Source of the DNA: Truepera sp. | GTDB lineage: Bacteria; Deinococcota; Deinococci; Deinococcales; Trueperaceae | DNA length: 64,000 nucleotides | Assembly: GCA_965218435.1 (NCBI GenBank) | Contig: CBDCKW010000009.1 | Coordinates: 3,360,001 to 3,424,000, forward strand | Direction: 5' to 3' | Shown here: in pieces, positions 10,350 to 22,982 of the stretch | Layout of the letters: each line of letters starts with the position of its first letter | Position numbering within the stretch: the first letter of the stretch is position 1 | Translations under genes and position numbers: made by a program | Notes under the pieces: model-generated | Told to the model about the DNA's origin: nothing | Databases searched by the model: none | Seen by the model: only the letters and a program-made list of their open reading frames with translations

Positions 10350-11312
10350 CTAATCTCCAGCTACAACCTCACGGTTGAGCGCAGCCAGCTGCCGGTAGAG
10401 CTCGAGCTGAGCCTCCTCAGGTTTTTCCGGGGTCACAATCCGCACCACCGCGAATTGGTCGCCCTTAGCACCTTCTCTGCCCGCGCCGTCTTTACGCGGC
10501 CACCCTTGACCTTTAAGCCTGAACGAACGTCCGGCACGAGTGTTTTTCGGCAAGGTCATCTCAACGTCGCCGCTTAAGGTCGGGACGCGGACGCTGCCTC
10601 CCAAGACGGCGACGTAATCGGGCACGTCTATAGTGACGCGCACATCGTCGCCCTCGAGCACAAAGCGTTTATCCGGCGCGAGCTTGAGCGTTAAAATCAC
10701 GTCGGCCCCGTCTGAAGCTTGACCCCGGAGCCGCAAGCGGCTTCCGTCGCGGCTTCCGGCCGGTAGGGTGACCTCGAGGCGTTGCCCCTCTAAACTGATA
10801 GTTTTGGTTGCGCCCCGGTACGCGTCGAGTAGATCAACTTGCAACTCGGCCTCGAGGGGTCTTGCTTGAAAGCCGAACGAGCGGGAGGACCCGGTACCTG
10901 TCTGGAACTGCGTCCCAAACCCACTCGTACCAAAGCTGGTCGCACCTCTAAAGCTGTCGGCGCTGCCAAAGCCGCCGCCGAAGAGCGTCTGAAAAAAGTC
11001 GCTGAAGTCCGCGCCTTGTGCGCCCGCCCCCGTAAAACCGCCCGTAAATCCACCTGCGCCACCCGCACCCGGTGAGAAGTTCGAGCGAGCCGCCTCTGCA
11101 CCGTACTGGTCGTAGATTTTGCGTTTTTCGTCGTCGTTTAAGACGGCGTAAGCTTCGCCGACCTCTTTGAACTTCTCTTCAGCGGACGGATCGTTCGGGT
11201 TACGGTCGGGGTGGTGCTTGGCTGCGAGTTTGCGGTACGCCGAGCGAATCTCTTTTGGGGACGCGCTCCGGGAAACCTCGAGCGTCGCGTAATAGTCTTT
11301 GTAAGCAGCCAT
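10350..11312 (-). CDS. dnaJ: DnaJ/CbpA-type co-chaperone without zinc finger
   Basis: J-domain with HPD, G/F-rich linker, DnaJ_C domain; downstream of dnaK-grpE. Confidence 0.9.
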   Translation of the reverse strand: MAAYKDYYATLEVSRSASPKEIRSAYRKLAAKHHPDRNPNDPSAEEKFKEVGEAYAVLNDDEKRKIYDQYGAEAARSNFSPGAGGAGGFTGGFTGAGAQGADFSDFFQTLFGGGFGSADSFRGATSFGTSGFGTQFQTGTGSSRSFGFQARPLEAELQVDLLDAYRGATKTISLEGQRLEVTLPAGSRDGSRLRLRGQASDGADVILTLKLAPDKRFVLEGDDVRVTIDVPDYVAVLGGSVRVPTLSGDVEMTLPKNTRAGRSFRLKGQGWPRKDGAGREGAKGDQFAVVRIVTPEKPEEAQLELYRQLAALNREVVAGD

Positions 11313-11349
11313 TCACCCCTCCTTTCTATTTCTATTCCTGCCGGTTTTA

Positions 11350-11913
11350 TTAAGCCTGGAAAACGACCACTCTGGCGGGCCGGATCAGCCGGTCGTCTTT
11401 GGTAAACCCGGTTTGCACCACCTCGGCAATCGTATCGGCGGCTTCAGGGTTCGGGGCTGGAATTGCAGTTAGAGCTTCATGCAGGTCGGGGTTAAAGGGT
11501 TCACCTCTAACGCCGACTTCAGTCATCCCGAGCGCACCCAAGTTGCGCTGAAGGCCGTCGCGCACCGCCTGAACACCGGGAATAAGTTGAGCCGGGTCGT
11601 CTACACTGACGCTGAGCGCCCGGGTCAGGTCGTCATAAACCGCGAGCAGCGGCAAAACGGCGCTGTCTAGTCCGGCGTCGCGGGCACGTATCACGTCCCC
11701 TGCCGCGCGGCGGCGGTAGTTTTCCAGGTCAGCCCTGGCCCGTAAAAAGCGGTCTCTAAAGTCGGCGGTCTCGGCCTGGGACTGCTCCAACTCCGCTCGC
11801 ATGATGCTCAGCTCGTCTAGTTCGGTGTCGGTATCAGCTTCAGGAGTAGCGGTGGGGTCCTCCCCCACCGCGTCGTCTGACAAGTCCTTGGTCTGCGTTT
11901 CGTCTTTACGCAT
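11350..11913 (-). CDS. grpE: Nucleotide exchange factor GrpE
   Basis: RARADLENYRRR, FNPDLHEA, LIRPARVVV. Confidence 0.95.
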   Translation of the reverse strand: MRKDETQTKDLSDDAVGEDPTATPEADTDTELDELSIMRAELEQSQAETADFRDRFLRARADLENYRRRAAGDVIRARDAGLDSAVLPLLAVYDDLTRALSVSVDDPAQLIPGVQAVRDGLQRNLGALGMTEVGVRGEPFNPDLHEALTAIPAPNPEAADTIAEVVQTGFTKDDRLIRPARVVVFQA

Positions 11914-11915
11914 CG

Positions 11916-13784
11916 TTAGCCTGCCGGTTTGAAGTCAGCGTCAACCACGTCGTCTTCAGCTTGAGGTTGCGCTTCGCTCGAGTCGTCGTTCTGAGGCGGC
12001 GCGGCCTGCTGGAGCGCGGCGACTTTTTCACTCAGGTCACGGGCCAGGTCGTCCAAACGGCTCTTGGGCGCGTCGCTGTCAACTGCGCTCTGCGCTTCGG
12101 CAATCGCGTCTTTGACGGGTTGTTTGGCCGCGTCGTCAGCCGCCGACTCGTCAACGGTGCGCTGCGCCTGAACGCGGAGGCTGTCGAGCGTGTTTTTTGC
12201 CTCGGTGTGTTCGCGGGCTTCGCGGTCGCGTTCGGCGTTCGCCTCGGCGTCTTTAACCATCCGGTCTACTTCGTCTTCAGAGAGCGTCGTGGTGTTTTGG
12301 ATCGTGATCGACGCCTCTTTATTCGTGGACTTCTCTTTCGCCGTGACGTTCAAAATGCCGTTGGCGTTGATATCATAAGAGATTTCAATCTGCGGCATGC
12401 CGGCGGGCATAGGGGGAATACCCTCGAGCTTAAAACGGCCAAGCGATTTGTTGTCGTGCGCCATGGAACGCTCGCCCTGCAAGACATGCACCTCGACGCC
12501 CGTTTGGTTCATCTCAGCGGTTGAAAAGGTTTCGGTTTTACGGACTGGAATGGCGGTGTTACGGTCCACGAGTTTGGTAAACACGCCGCCTTTAGTCTCA
12601 ACGCCGAGCGAAAGCGGCGTCACGTCTAAGAGCACGATGTCTTCAACGTCACCGGTTAAAACGCCTGCCTGCACAGCCGCACCTAACGCGACCACTTCGT
12701 CGGGGTTGACCGACTGGTTCGGCGCTTTACCGATCATCTCTTGTACAAGCTTTTTAACCTGCGGAATCCGGGTTGAGCCGCCGACTAAGATGACCTCGTC
12801 AATGTCGCTTTTAGAGAGCTTCGCGTCTTTAAGCGCCGACTCTACGGGGCCGCGAACACGGTTCAAAAGCGGGCTGATCAGCTCTTCAAACTTCGAGCGG
12901 GAGAGGCGTTTCTCGAGGTACAAGGGTGCGTTTGACGCCGGGTCCATCGCAATAAACGGCAAGCTGATGGTCGTTTCGGGAATGCCGGAAAGTTCGATTT
13001 TAGCCTTTTCCGCCGCTTCTAACAGACGCTGGAGCGCCTGCTTATCTTTGCGCAGGTCAACGTTGTACTCTTTTTGAAAGTCGTCCGCGAGCCAGCCGAC
13101 CACCGCGTAGTCAAAGTCCGACCCGCCCAAGTGCGTGTCACCGTTCGTGCTCCGAACTTCAAACACACCGTCGCCAACTTCTAAAACCGACACGTCGAAG
13201 GTGCCGCCACCGAGGTCAAAAACCAACACGGTTTCGTTTCCTTTTTTCTCTAAACCGTAGGCGAGCGCCGCCGCCGTAGGTTCGTTGACGATCCGCAAAA
13301 CGTCTAATCCGGCGATACGACCGGCGTTTTGGGTCGCCTCACGTTGCGAGTTATTAAAGTACGCGGGCACCGTAATCACCGCTTTGGTGACCTTTTCACC
13401 CAGAGTGGTCGAAGCATCTTCGACGAGTTTTTGCAAGATCATCGCGGAAATCTCTTCGGGGGTGTACTGTTTGCCGTCAACGACAAAGCGGACGCCGCCA
13501 TCACTGCCACGCACGACTTCATAGGGGGAGCGTTCGGCTTCTGCCTTCACTTCATCCCAAGAACGGCCCATGTAACGTTTGACTTCAAACAGTGTGCCTT
13601 TGGCGTTTAACACCGATTGCCGTTTAGCCACCTGCCCGACGAGCCGCTGGTCACCCTTAAAGGCGACGACCGAAGGGGTCGTGCGGTTGCCTTCACTGTT
13701 GACGAGAACGGTCGGCTCGCCGCCTTCCATAACAGCGATGACGCTGTTCGTCGTTCCCAAATCAATTCCGACTGCTTTAGCCAT
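11916..13784 (-). CDS. dnaK: Chaperone DnaK
   Basis: [30 protein letters not shown]. Confidence 0.99.
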   Translation of the reverse strand: MAKAVGIDLGTTNSVIAVMEGGEPTVLVNSEGNRTTPSVVAFKGDQRLVGQVAKRQSVLNAKGTLFEVKRYMGRSWDEVKAEAERSPYEVVRGSDGGVRFVVDGKQYTPEEISAMILQKLVEDASTTLGEKVTKAVITVPAYFNNSQREATQNAGRIAGLDVLRIVNEPTAAALAYGLEKKGNETVLVFDLGGGTFDVSVLEVGDGVFEVRSTNGDTHLGGSDFDYAVVGWLADDFQKEYNVDLRKDKQALQRLLEAAEKAKIELSGIPETTISLPFIAMDPASNAPLYLEKRLSRSKFEELISPLLNRVRGPVESALKDAKLSKSDIDEVILVGGSTRIPQVKKLVQEMIGKAPNQSVNPDEVVALGAAVQAGVLTGDVEDIVLLDVTPLSLGVETKGGVFTKLVDRNTAIPVRKTETFSTAEMNQTGVEVHVLQGERSMAHDNKSLGRFKLEGIPPMPAGMPQIEISYDINANGILNVTAKEKSTNKEASITIQNTTTLSEDEVDRMVKDAEANAERDREAREHTEAKNTLDSLRVQAQRTVDESAADDAAKQPVKDAIAEAQSAVDSDAPKSRLDDLARDLSEKVAALQQAAPPQNDDSSEAQPQAEDDVVDADFKPAG

Positions 13785-13881
13785 GATGTCTCCTAATATA
13801 TTTGTGTAGTTTGAACCCTAAGATGCGTTGATAATCTGGTTTTGAGGCTATCTGCGCGTAGGGCGCTCATATCCAGCCGTG

Positions 13882-13911
13882 AGTATACTGCTACATCTAA
13901 TGTCTTGTCAA
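13882..13911 (-). promoter_or_regulatory. Sigma70-type promoter of the dnaK operon
   Basis: Minus strand reads TTGACA-N18-TATACT. Confidence 0.75.
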
Positions 13912-13915
13912 GAGA

Positions 13916-13936
13916 TATGAGTGCGGTTGTATCAAC
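13916..13936. promoter_or_regulatory. HAIR-like operator (HspR)
   Basis: TATGAGT-N7-TATCAAC compared with consensus CTTGAGT-N7-ACTCAAG; abuts the dnaK -35. Confidence 0.5.
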
Positions 13937-14202
13937 CTCGAGCTGTTACTTCACGGTTTTTATGAGAATACGCTCCAGACAAAAAAAGTAGGTGAGCAGA
14001 CGCAATATTCTTAGTGCTGCGCCAAAGCCCGTAGCGGAGGTGCTATTAGGCTGTACCAACCTCTGCCGTCAGCACATCTCGAGCGCGTGAGAGACGCTAT
14101 TTTTCTGTATATCCTTCATTCTGAATATCCTTCGTTCCGAATTCTTATTTCTATCTAGCACGCTGCAACCGCCGCCGACTAATTTTGAAATGTCAACCGA
14201 AG

Positions 14203-14883
14203 CTAGACTTTTAGGCCCCCGCGCCGCCGCACCAGCCATGACACGCCTAAGCTCAGCACGAGTAAACTTGCCGACGCTAACAGATAACGCCAGTCGAGGC
14301 TAAAACGCGCCGAACGCTCTGTTAAACTTGTCAGCGACGCGCCTGCTAACACTGCGACGAGCAGACCGGGCGACCCACCGATGGCCGTCGCGCCTAAAAA
14401 CGCAGTGAAGCCGATCTTCAAGTAACCGGCGGCGTAGTTGACCAAGTCGCCCGGTACGGCTAAAAAACGGCAGAGCAAAACGGTTTCAAAGGGATACTGT
14501 TTAAGTCGCCCCAACCATCCGGCTTGGGCCGCCGGGAGACCGCGACCAAAAAGCCGACCGAGCCAGTAGGCCACCGCAGCCGTCAAAAGACTTGCAAGCA
14601 GCGCGTAAACCGTTCCCCAAAAAACGCCGAAGAGAAGCCCGACGGCTACGGTCAACAGACCTACAGGGAGCAGGAAAAGCGGCCGTACGAGGTAGATAAG
14701 AAGTAAAAAAAGGGGTGCCAGCGAGTTATCTTGCAGCGCACTTAGTACATTTCTCAGGAGTGAAACCGGGGTCTCACCGCGGGAGCGGGCGTAAAACCAA
14801 AAACCCACTAAGAGAGCCAGCCACAACAGCGCAACGTACCCAATCCTTGTTAGTTTCGGTTCCTGCTGATTTGTGCGTTTCAT
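14203..14883 (-). CDS. TVP38/DedA (VTT domain) membrane protein
   Basis: Multiple TM segments; RFLAVPGDLVNYAAG motif. Confidence 0.85.
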   Translation of the reverse strand: MKRTNQQEPKLTRIGYVALLWLALLVGFWFYARSRGETPVSLLRNVLSALQDNSLAPLFLLLIYLVRPLFLLPVGLLTVAVGLLFGVFWGTVYALLASLLTAAVAYWLGRLFGRGLPAAQAGWLGRLKQYPFETVLLCRFLAVPGDLVNYAAGYLKIGFTAFLGATAIGGSPGLLVAVLAGASLTSLTERSARFSLDWRYLLASASLLVLSLGVSWLVRRRGGLKV

Positions 14884-15246
14884 GAAGCTCTACGATAACA
14901 GTTAAAACAGTTGAGCCGTTCGTCAACCCCTGCTGTATTTTTGCGAGAGAGGACAATAGGGCAACCGCAAAGTCCAAAAAGGCTTTTGAAACGAACGTTT
15001 GACTAAGATGGATGTTCACGTTGAAAAGCAACTTAACGGCAACTTTCAGCTCTACTCGGGAGGCCACGCTTTTAGAAGAGAAGTTATTTGCCCCTATAAC
15101 TTACTGGGGTGCCGACTTTGCGGTAGCCCTGGGAGAGGACAAAGTGACGGTTAGCCAAAACGCTGCGGACATGCTAGAATATAGAGCTGATTCGGCAAGC
15201 CTACGCTAAACCAGCACCCAATTTTAACAACGGAAGGAGGTAAACC

Positions 15247-15663
15247 GTGCATAACTACGACCTAAATGTGATTCTCTCGCCGAACTTGAGTGAGACTCAG
15301 CTGGGGCTCGAGAAAGATGCGATCACCGCGCAAATTGAGCGCGTCGAGGGCCAAATCAACGAACTCGACGAGTGGGGCAACAAACGCCTCGCCTACCCGA
15401 TTCGTAAACTGAACGAAGGCTACTACTTGATCTACAAATTGTCGCTTTCGGAGAGTACGCCCCGGCAGCTCGCCACGAACTTGCGTTTACGCGACAACGT
15501 GATGCGCGTGCTGATTACGCGTGACCGGCCCGAGCAGCGCACCCGTAAAGAAACGCCGCCGCGCAGTGAAAACCGCAGTGACCGTAATGATCGCAGTAGT
15601 GATCGCAGCGAAAACCGTACTGAACGTACAGAAGCGCAGAGAACCCCGGCAACATCGGCTTAG
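15247..15663 (+). CDS. rpsF: 30S ribosomal protein S6
   Basis: EWGNKRLAYPI; AAGGAGG RBS; first gene of rpsF-ssb-rpsR-rplI. Confidence 0.97.
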   Translation: MHNYDLNVILSPNLSETQLGLEKDAITAQIERVEGQINELDEWGNKRLAYPIRKLNEGYYLIYKLSLSESTPRQLATNLRLRDNVMRVLITRDRPEQRTRKETPPRSENRSDRNDRSSDRSENRTERTEAQRTPATSA

Positions 15664-15711
15664 ACTTACGCACAGACAAAACGAACATCACGACTTTAGA
15701 CGGAGGAAAAC

Positions 15712-16554
15712 ATGGCTCGAGGTTTTAACAGCGTTCAACTGATCGGTAGCCTAACCCAAAAACCCGAAATGAAATACACCGCTGGCGGCTTGGCGATTTT
15801 AGAGTTGCAGCTCGCCGGAAGCGACCATATTATCGGGAACGATGGGCAGCCCCGCGACCTGACCTGGTATCAGCGGGTGTCGGTCTTTGGCAAACAAGCC
15901 GAGTATCTGTCCGAACAGCTGGACGCCGGCACGCCGGTATTTGTCGAAGGGCGGCTCAACTACCGCACTTGGGACGACGCGAACGGACAAAAACGCAGTG
16001 CGTTAGGCGTCAACGCCGTGCGCGTCGAGGCGCTGACCCATGGCCCGCGTAAAGACAACGCGACGCTAACTGACGCACGCGGGCAAGAGCGGCTCTTAAA
16101 CGCGCTCAATCAGGTGACGGTGATCGGTAATTTGATCAAAGATGCTGAACTGCGGTATACGCCTTCAGGCGACGCGGTAACCCGGTTTGTGGTAGCGATC
16201 AACGAGCAGTACCGCGACCGCAACGGGCAAGACCAAGAGAGTGTTCACTTCGCCGAAGTCAATGTCTGGCGTGACCTAGCCGAAGCTGCCGCTGAGCTCG
16301 CTAAAGGTGACCCGGTTTTTGTAGTGGGCCGTTTAACGACCGACAACTGGACCGATAAAGAGGGGAACCGGCAGTATAAAGACAAGCTCGAGGGCAGCCG
16401 AATCGAATATCTGACCCGTGGCCCTGGTAGTGGTGGTACCAGCGCCCGCCCGCCTCGTGCGGACGCCCAAAGGGGTCAGGAGCAGCGTCAACCCAGCCGA
16501 CCTAAGCTGGATATTGACGAAGAGTTTCCACCGGAAGAGGATTTACCCTTTTAG
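15712..16554 (+). CDS. ssb: Single-stranded DNA-binding protein with two OB folds (Deinococcus-Thermus type)
   Basis: Two OB repeats and acidic C-terminal tip EEDLPF. Confidence 0.97.
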   Translation: MARGFNSVQLIGSLTQKPEMKYTAGGLAILELQLAGSDHIIGNDGQPRDLTWYQRVSVFGKQAEYLSEQLDAGTPVFVEGRLNYRTWDDANGQKRSALGVNAVRVEALTHGPRKDNATLTDARGQERLLNALNQVTVIGNLIKDAELRYTPSGDAVTRFVVAINEQYRDRNGQDQESVHFAEVNVWRDLAEAAAELAKGDPVFVVGRLTTDNWTDKEGNRQYKDKLEGSRIEYLTRGPGSGGTSARPPRADAQRGQEQRQPSRPKLDIDEEFPPEEDLPF

Positions 16555-16845
16555 ATGGCACAAAGACCAGCAGCACGTAACAGCAGTAAGCGCGACCGCG
16601 ATGATCGCCGCGGGGGTCGCCGGGGCCGTCGGCCCAAAGTATGCCCGTTTTGCACCGGTGAGCAAGAAGTCACCGCGTACCGCGACGCCCGGATGCTCCG
16701 CCGCTTTATCTCGGATACCGCGAAGATTTTGCCGCGCCGCCGCACGGGTGTGTGCGCCAAACACCAGCGTAGGCTTGCCAACACGATTAAAGAAGCGCGC
16801 GTCTTAGCGATTATCCCGATTACCGAGAAACTGGTTCGCAAGTGA
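16555..16845 (+). CDS. rpsR: 30S ribosomal protein S18
   Basis: KVCPFC, KILPRRRTGVCAKHQR. Confidence 0.97.
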   Translation: MAQRPAARNSSKRDRDDRRGGRRGRRPKVCPFCTGEQEVTAYRDARMLRRFISDTAKILPRRRTGVCAKHQRRLANTIKEARVLAIIPITEKLVRK

Positions 16846-17285
16846 ATGTCATTTTGCTCGAGCCTGTCGAGCGCCTGGGTGAAGCCGGGGCGCTCGTCAC
16901 CGTTAAACCCGGTTACGCTCGTAACTTTTTAGTCCCGCGCGGCCTCGCTTTACCCGCAACGCAGGCGAACCAGCGTGAGCTCGACGCGCGGCTCGCGCAA
17001 CGCGCCAAACAGCTCGCGGCCCGCAAAGCCGACGCCGAACGCCTCCGCGAGATGCTCGCCGATGCGACGGTAGACATCAAGGTACGCGCCGGTGAAGACC
17101 GCATCTACGGGTCGGTCACGAGCCTCGATATCGCTAAAGTGTTAGAAAACCGTTACCAGGTTGAGATTGACCGCCGTAAGCTCGAGCTCGGCGACCCGAT
17201 CAAAACGTTGGGTGAGTACGTCGTCGTTTACAAACCGCACCCGGAAGTCCCGATTGACCTCAAGGTCAACGTAACTGCCGAGTAA
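16842..17285 (+). CDS. rplI: 50S ribosomal protein L9
   Basis: VKPGYARNFLVP, IYGSVT. Confidence 0.97.
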   Translation: MNVILLEPVERLGEAGALVTVKPGYARNFLVPRGLALPATQANQRELDARLAQRAKQLAARKADAERLREMLADATVDIKVRAGEDRIYGSVTSLDIAKVLENRYQVEIDRRKLELGDPIKTLGEYVVVYKPHPEVPIDLKVNVTAE

Positions 17286-17302
17286 AATACAAGCTATCAA
17301 AG

Positions 17303-17332
17303 AAACCCCCTCGCAACTGCGAGGGGGTTTTT
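17303..17332. terminator. Bidirectional intrinsic terminator between rplI and pyk
   Basis: AAACCCCCTCGCA-AC-TGCGAGGGGGTTTTT hairpin between convergent genes. Confidence 0.85.
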
Positions 17333-17342
17333 ATTGCCCTAC

Positions 17343-18790
17343 TTATTCATCACTACGAACCGTTTCAATGCGGATCAAGTTGGTCGTGCCGCGCATCCCA
17401 AAGGGTACCCCGGCAGTAATCACGTAGCGGTCACCAACGCTGATGTCCGTCAGCTGCCGCATGATGCCGACAATTTTCGAGTTGGCCACTTCGACCATCT
17501 CATCTGTCGTATAGACCTCTTGCGACAATGCCGGAATTACGCCCCAGACGATACTGAGTTGGCGGTAAGCCCGTTCGCTGGGCGTTAAGGCGAAGATCGG
17601 GGACGCCGGACGGTTGTGCGCGACACGCTGCGCGGTCGTGCCCGTAGAGGTGAAGGTCACGATCATCTTGGCAGAGATAAAGTGCGCCATTTGACACGCG
17701 GCTAAAGACACCGCGTCGGCTGTTGACGAGTCGGGTTCGGGGTAGCGTTTACGCATATCGGCCTGATAACTAGGGTCACTCTCGACCGAGCGGGCGATTC
17801 GGACCATCATTTTAACCGCTTCGATGGGGTAACTGCCCACGGCTGTTTCAGCCGAGAGCATAATGGCGTCGGTGCCGTCATAGATAGCGTTGGCCACGTC
17901 GGAAGCTTCGGCGCGGGTGGGCGTCGGGCTCGAGATCATACTCTCTAACATCTGCGTCGCGGTCACGACCGGTTTACCGACCCGCGTACACGCCCGGATG
18001 AGCCGTTTTTGGATCAGCGGCACCTGTTCGGGGGGCAATTCGACGCCTAAGTCACCGCGCGCGACCATGATCCCGTCAACCTCTTCTAAGATCTCGTCAA
18101 ACCGCGCCACCGCTGAGGGTTTTTCAATCTTTGCCATCAGTTTGGCGCGTGATCCGGCCCTCGCCAAATAGTGTCGTGCCAACAAGAGGTCGTCGCGGCT
18201 CCGCACAAAGCTGATCGCCACCCAGTCAACCTCGAGTTCAGCCCCGAAAAGCAGGTCTTCCATGTCTTTGTCGGTAATCGCCGGAATGCTTAGGTCGGCG
18301 TCGGGGATGTTGATGCCCTTGTTGTTCGACAACACGCCGCCAAGCGTGACTTCAGTTTCTATGGTCTCGCCGCGCAGCCCCGTGACGCGGAGTGATAAGC
18401 GTCCATCATCCAAGAGGAGCGCGTCGCCGACTTTGACATCAGTATAAAGACCCGTATAGGTCACGCCGACGCGCGTTACGTCACCGGGGCTGTTGTCGCC
18501 ACACGTTAAGAGGAAGGTCTCCCCTTCGGTAAGCGTAATCTTGCCCTCGGCAAAGGTCGCGGTGCGAATTTTCGGTCCTTGCAAATCTTGTAAGATGCCG
18601 ACCGGGTTGCCTATCCGCTCAGCTTCGGCGCGGATAAACTCGACGTTTTTTTGGTGCATCTCGCGGCTGCCGTGCGAAAAGTTGAGCCGGAAAACGTTGA
18701 CGCCCGCTTCGATCAGCCGTTTGATGACTTTGGGGTCGCTGGTCGCCGGACCCAAGGTGGCGACGATTTTAGTCCGTCTGACGAGCTGCA

Positions 18791-18791
<1 letters not shown>
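17343..18791 (-). CDS. pyk: Pyruvate kinase
   Basis: TKIVATLGP, RLNFSHG, MVARGDLGVE, ATQMLESM. Confidence 0.98.
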
Positions 18792-20098
<1,307 letters not shown>

Positions 20099-20212
20099 TT
20101 AGCAGACTGGATTAGGTCAGTTGACATCAACATAAACTACGCACTACCTTAACCCAATCTTTAGCCCCTAACACAGAGTTTTAGAAATACCCAGTCGCAT
20201 TTAGCCTCGGTT

Positions 20213-21298
20213 TTAGCCGGTACGCAGTGGCACCACCATCGCCAGGTAACTGAGGTCTCGGAGGCTCGAGAGCACACTCGGACTGGTCGAGCCGGAAAAT
20301 GAAAAGCGCACGTCGCCTTCGATGGGCCGTAGGGCGCTTAACAGGTAGTCTGCGTTATACGCGAGCGCAATTTCCGACTCGATCCCCTCTTGCGCTACGC
20401 TCAGCGCCTCTTGAGAGCGTCCGTAAGCGCCTTCAGCTGTAACTTGGACTGTCCCGCCCCGGACGAACAGATCAACGCGGTTATTGGCCGTTCTGTCGGC
20501 CATCACCGCGACACGCTGCACCCCTTCAAGCAGCTCTTTAGCACTCGCCACGACACTTACCGGAAACTCGCTCGGAATCACCCGCTGATAGTCAGGGAAC
20601 GCGCCCTCCATCAGCTTGAGGTTGAGTTTGTAAAGCCCGGTAGCAAGTGACAGTTGACCTTCAAGCAGCTCGAGCTTGACCTCTTCGTTTGACAGCACCC
20701 TGGCGAGTTCGTCAACGCTCCGCGCCGGTAAGACGATCTCGCCGTCTAACCCGGTTACGTCGTCTAGGTGATAGTACGCCAGCCTAAACCCGTCGGTAGC
20801 GACGGCCCGAACATGCCGATCATCAAACTCAACCCGGACGCCCCGAAAGATTGCCTGATACTCGGCAACTGCGGCGGCGTAACGAACATGGGTCAGCGCC
20901 GCCGCTAAACGCTCCCCTGAAAAGCTGCCAGAATAACTTTTAGGAAAGGTCAGCGAGGGTAAAGACGCTTCGATGAGTTGCAACTTCGTCGCGTAAGACC
21001 CGGCCTGGAGCTCGAGCTCCGCTGCTTCAAAAGATAGTTCGACGAGTTCGCCGGGAAGTGCCCTCACCACTTGGCTAAAAACCTGGGCCGGAAGAGCCCA
21101 AGTCCCTTCGTCTTCGGTGTCTACGTCTAAAGAAGCCTGGATGTCAATCTCGAGATTGCTGCCGCTCAGTGTAAGCAGTCCTTGACCTAGCGCAAGCTTG
21201 ACTAAACTTAAGCTGGGATTACTGCTTCTATTTGGCACAATACGTTCAACACTGCCAAGGGCGTCAGCCAATTTTTTTCTTGAAACGTGCGCGATCAT
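20213..21298 (-). CDS. dnaN: DNA polymerase III beta clamp
   Basis: VATDGFRLA, GAFPDYQRVIP, C-terminal VVPLRT; downstream of dnaA. Confidence 0.95.
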   Translation of the reverse strand: MIAHVSRKKLADALGSVERIVPNRSSNPSLSLVKLALGQGLLTLSGSNLEIDIQASLDVDTEDEGTWALPAQVFSQVVRALPGELVELSFEAAELELQAGSYATKLQLIEASLPSLTFPKSYSGSFSGERLAAALTHVRYAAAVAEYQAIFRGVRVEFDDRHVRAVATDGFRLAYYHLDDVTGLDGEIVLPARSVDELARVLSNEEVKLELLEGQLSLATGLYKLNLKLMEGAFPDYQRVIPSEFPVSVVASAKELLEGVQRVAVMADRTANNRVDLFVRGGTVQVTAEGAYGRSQEALSVAQEGIESEIALAYNADYLLSALRPIEGDVRFSFSGSTSPSVLSSLRDLSYLAMVVPLRTG

Positions 21299-21359
21299 GA
21301 GAAAACTCCCTTAGAACTCTCGGGGGGCGACTTTGAAATCTCCACAAGTTGAAAAGTAA

Positions 21360-21625
21360 AACACTCTATAGTAGGGCCTGTGGATAGTGTGGATAACTGC
21401 CGTTTAGCCTGTCTAAGACGGCAAAGTGCCTGTGAATAACTTTGTGGATAACTGGCCTTTGCCTGTGGATAAGTACCCGAGTTATCCACAGTTATCCACA
21501 GGCTCCAGAAAAGCAGGGTTATCCACAACTTTGTCCACAGCTTATCCACAGCTTATCCACAGAGTTATCCACAATTATTCGTGAGTGAAATATATAAAAA
21601 ATGAGTAAAAATGGCTTTTATGAGA
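21360..21625. other. Chromosomal replication origin oriC
   Basis: Twelve DnaA boxes between dnaA and dnaN. Nine are perfect TTATCCACA (starting 21388, 21443, 21464, 21482, 21492, 21519, 21542, 21553, 21565); three have one mismatch (21379, 21431, 21531). GGCC plus TAG trios at ~21368-21378; AT-rich tract ~21574-21622. Confidence 0.95.
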
Positions 21626-21647
21626 TAGTCGCGGGATGCTACCAGGG

Positions 21648-22982
21648 TCACAGCAACGACCCCTTGACAGTTTGAATCTGCTCCTCGAGTGCGCGGTCTC
21701 GGGCAACTTGTTCGGTCACTTTTTGCACCGCATAAACAACGGTCGAGTGGTCCCGGCCGCTAAAAAACTGCCCGATTTCAGGGTACGAATGCGAAGTAAA
21801 TTCGCGCATTAGGTACATCGCCACCTGCCGTGGCAAAACGAGTTCATGCCGCCGCCCCTTTGAACGCAGGTCGCTCGCCTCGACTTCGAATGCAAACGCG
21901 GTCGCTTCTAAAATCTCGTTCATCGTCAAATTGAGTTCGCTCGGCGCGTACACGTCAGAGAGCGCGGCGGCGACCGTCTGCCGGTTGAGCTCGATCTGGT
22001 TCATGCTGGTATACAAAATGACGCGGACCAACGCTCCCTCGAGCTCACGAATGTTTGACGTCACCTGCCGAGCGATGTAGTCGATGACTTCCGGGGGAAT
22101 CTTGACACCCCGGTACTCCGCGTTCATCTTCAAGATAGCGATACGCGTTTCTAATTCAGGCGCTTGAATATCAGTAATAAGGCCCCACTCGAAACGGCTC
22201 CGAAGACGGTTCTCTAAGGTCGGAATGTCTTTGGGAGGCCGGTCTGACGATAAGATAATCTGTTTGTCCGACTCATAAAGCGCATTAAAGGTATGAAAAA
22301 ACTCTTCTTGGGTCCGCTCTTTACCCGCAATAAATTGCACATCGTCAACGAGCAGCAAATCGATACTGCGGTAGCGGTCACGAAACGCCGCCATCTTGTC
22401 TTCGCGGATGGCGTTGATCAGGTCATTGGTAAAGGCTTCGGTCGTAACGTACTCAATCGTGAGGTTGGGCAGACGTTCGGCGACCGCGTGACCCACCGCG
22501 TGCATGATATGCGTTTTGCCCAGCCCGGAGTCGCCGTAGATAAAAAGCGGGTTATAGGCGCGTCCGGGCGCTTCGGCGACCGCCAGGGCCGCTGCGCTCG
22601 CCAGATTGTTATTTTGCCCAACGACAAAGTTGGAAAAGACGTATTTGGGATTGAGGCGGGGGCGCGTTGCAGCAGGAGCAGTGTCAGCTGCGGTACCGGG
22701 TTTGAAAATATCGGGTTGCTCGGAGCTGGGAAAATGAACAACCTGAAACCCGACTCTCGGTGACGCTGCGCCAAGGTCTCTAAGGGCGTGCTCGAGCACC
22801 GGCGCGTAGTGGTTTTTAAGCCACTCCCGGGCAAACGAGTGCGGTACCCCGATCATAAAGATACCCTCATCAATGCCTAGCGGCCGCACCTGCTTAAACC
22901 AGGTCCGAAACTCGACCTCGGGAATCTGCGTTTGCACGTACTCGAGGATGTCCTCCCAGATGGCGTTTTCTTGCCTCAGCAT
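21648..22982 (-). CDS. dnaA: Chromosomal replication initiator DnaA
   Basis: [40 protein letters not shown]. Confidence 0.99.
   Translation of the reverse strand: MLRQENAIWEDILEYVQTQIPEVEFRTWFKQVRPLGIDEGIFMIGVPHSFAREWLKNHYAPVLEHALRDLGAASPRVGFQVVHFPSSEQPDIFKPGTAADTAPAATRPRLNPKYVFSNFVVGQNNNLASAAALAVAEAPGRAYNPLFIYGDSGLGKTHIMHAVGHAVAERLPNLTIEYVTTEAFTNDLINAIREDKMAAFRDRYRSIDLLLVDDVQFIAGKERTQEEFFHTFNALYESDKQIILSSDRPPKDIPTLENRLRSRFEWGLITDIQAPELETRIAILKMNAEYRGVKIPPEVIDYIARQVTSNIRELEGALVRVILYTSMNQIELNRQTVAAALSDVYAPSELNLTMNEILEATAFAFEVEASDLRSKGRRHELVLPRQVAMYLMREFTSHSYPEIGQFFSGRDHSTVVYAVQKVTEQVARDRALEEQIQTVKGSLL

Noticed and set aside
14109..14140. Imperfect 16-bp tandem duplication ATATCCTTC(A/G)TTC(T/C)GA
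   Set aside because: Only two copies with no further context; probably slippage.
14884..15209. ORFs 14774-15067 and 15012-15209 in the rpsF upstream region
   Set aside because: No recognisable motifs or RBS; they overlap promoter elements.
21295..21549. 84-aa ORF with LWIT/YPQ repeats
   Set aside because: It is the translation of the DnaA-box array in oriC.
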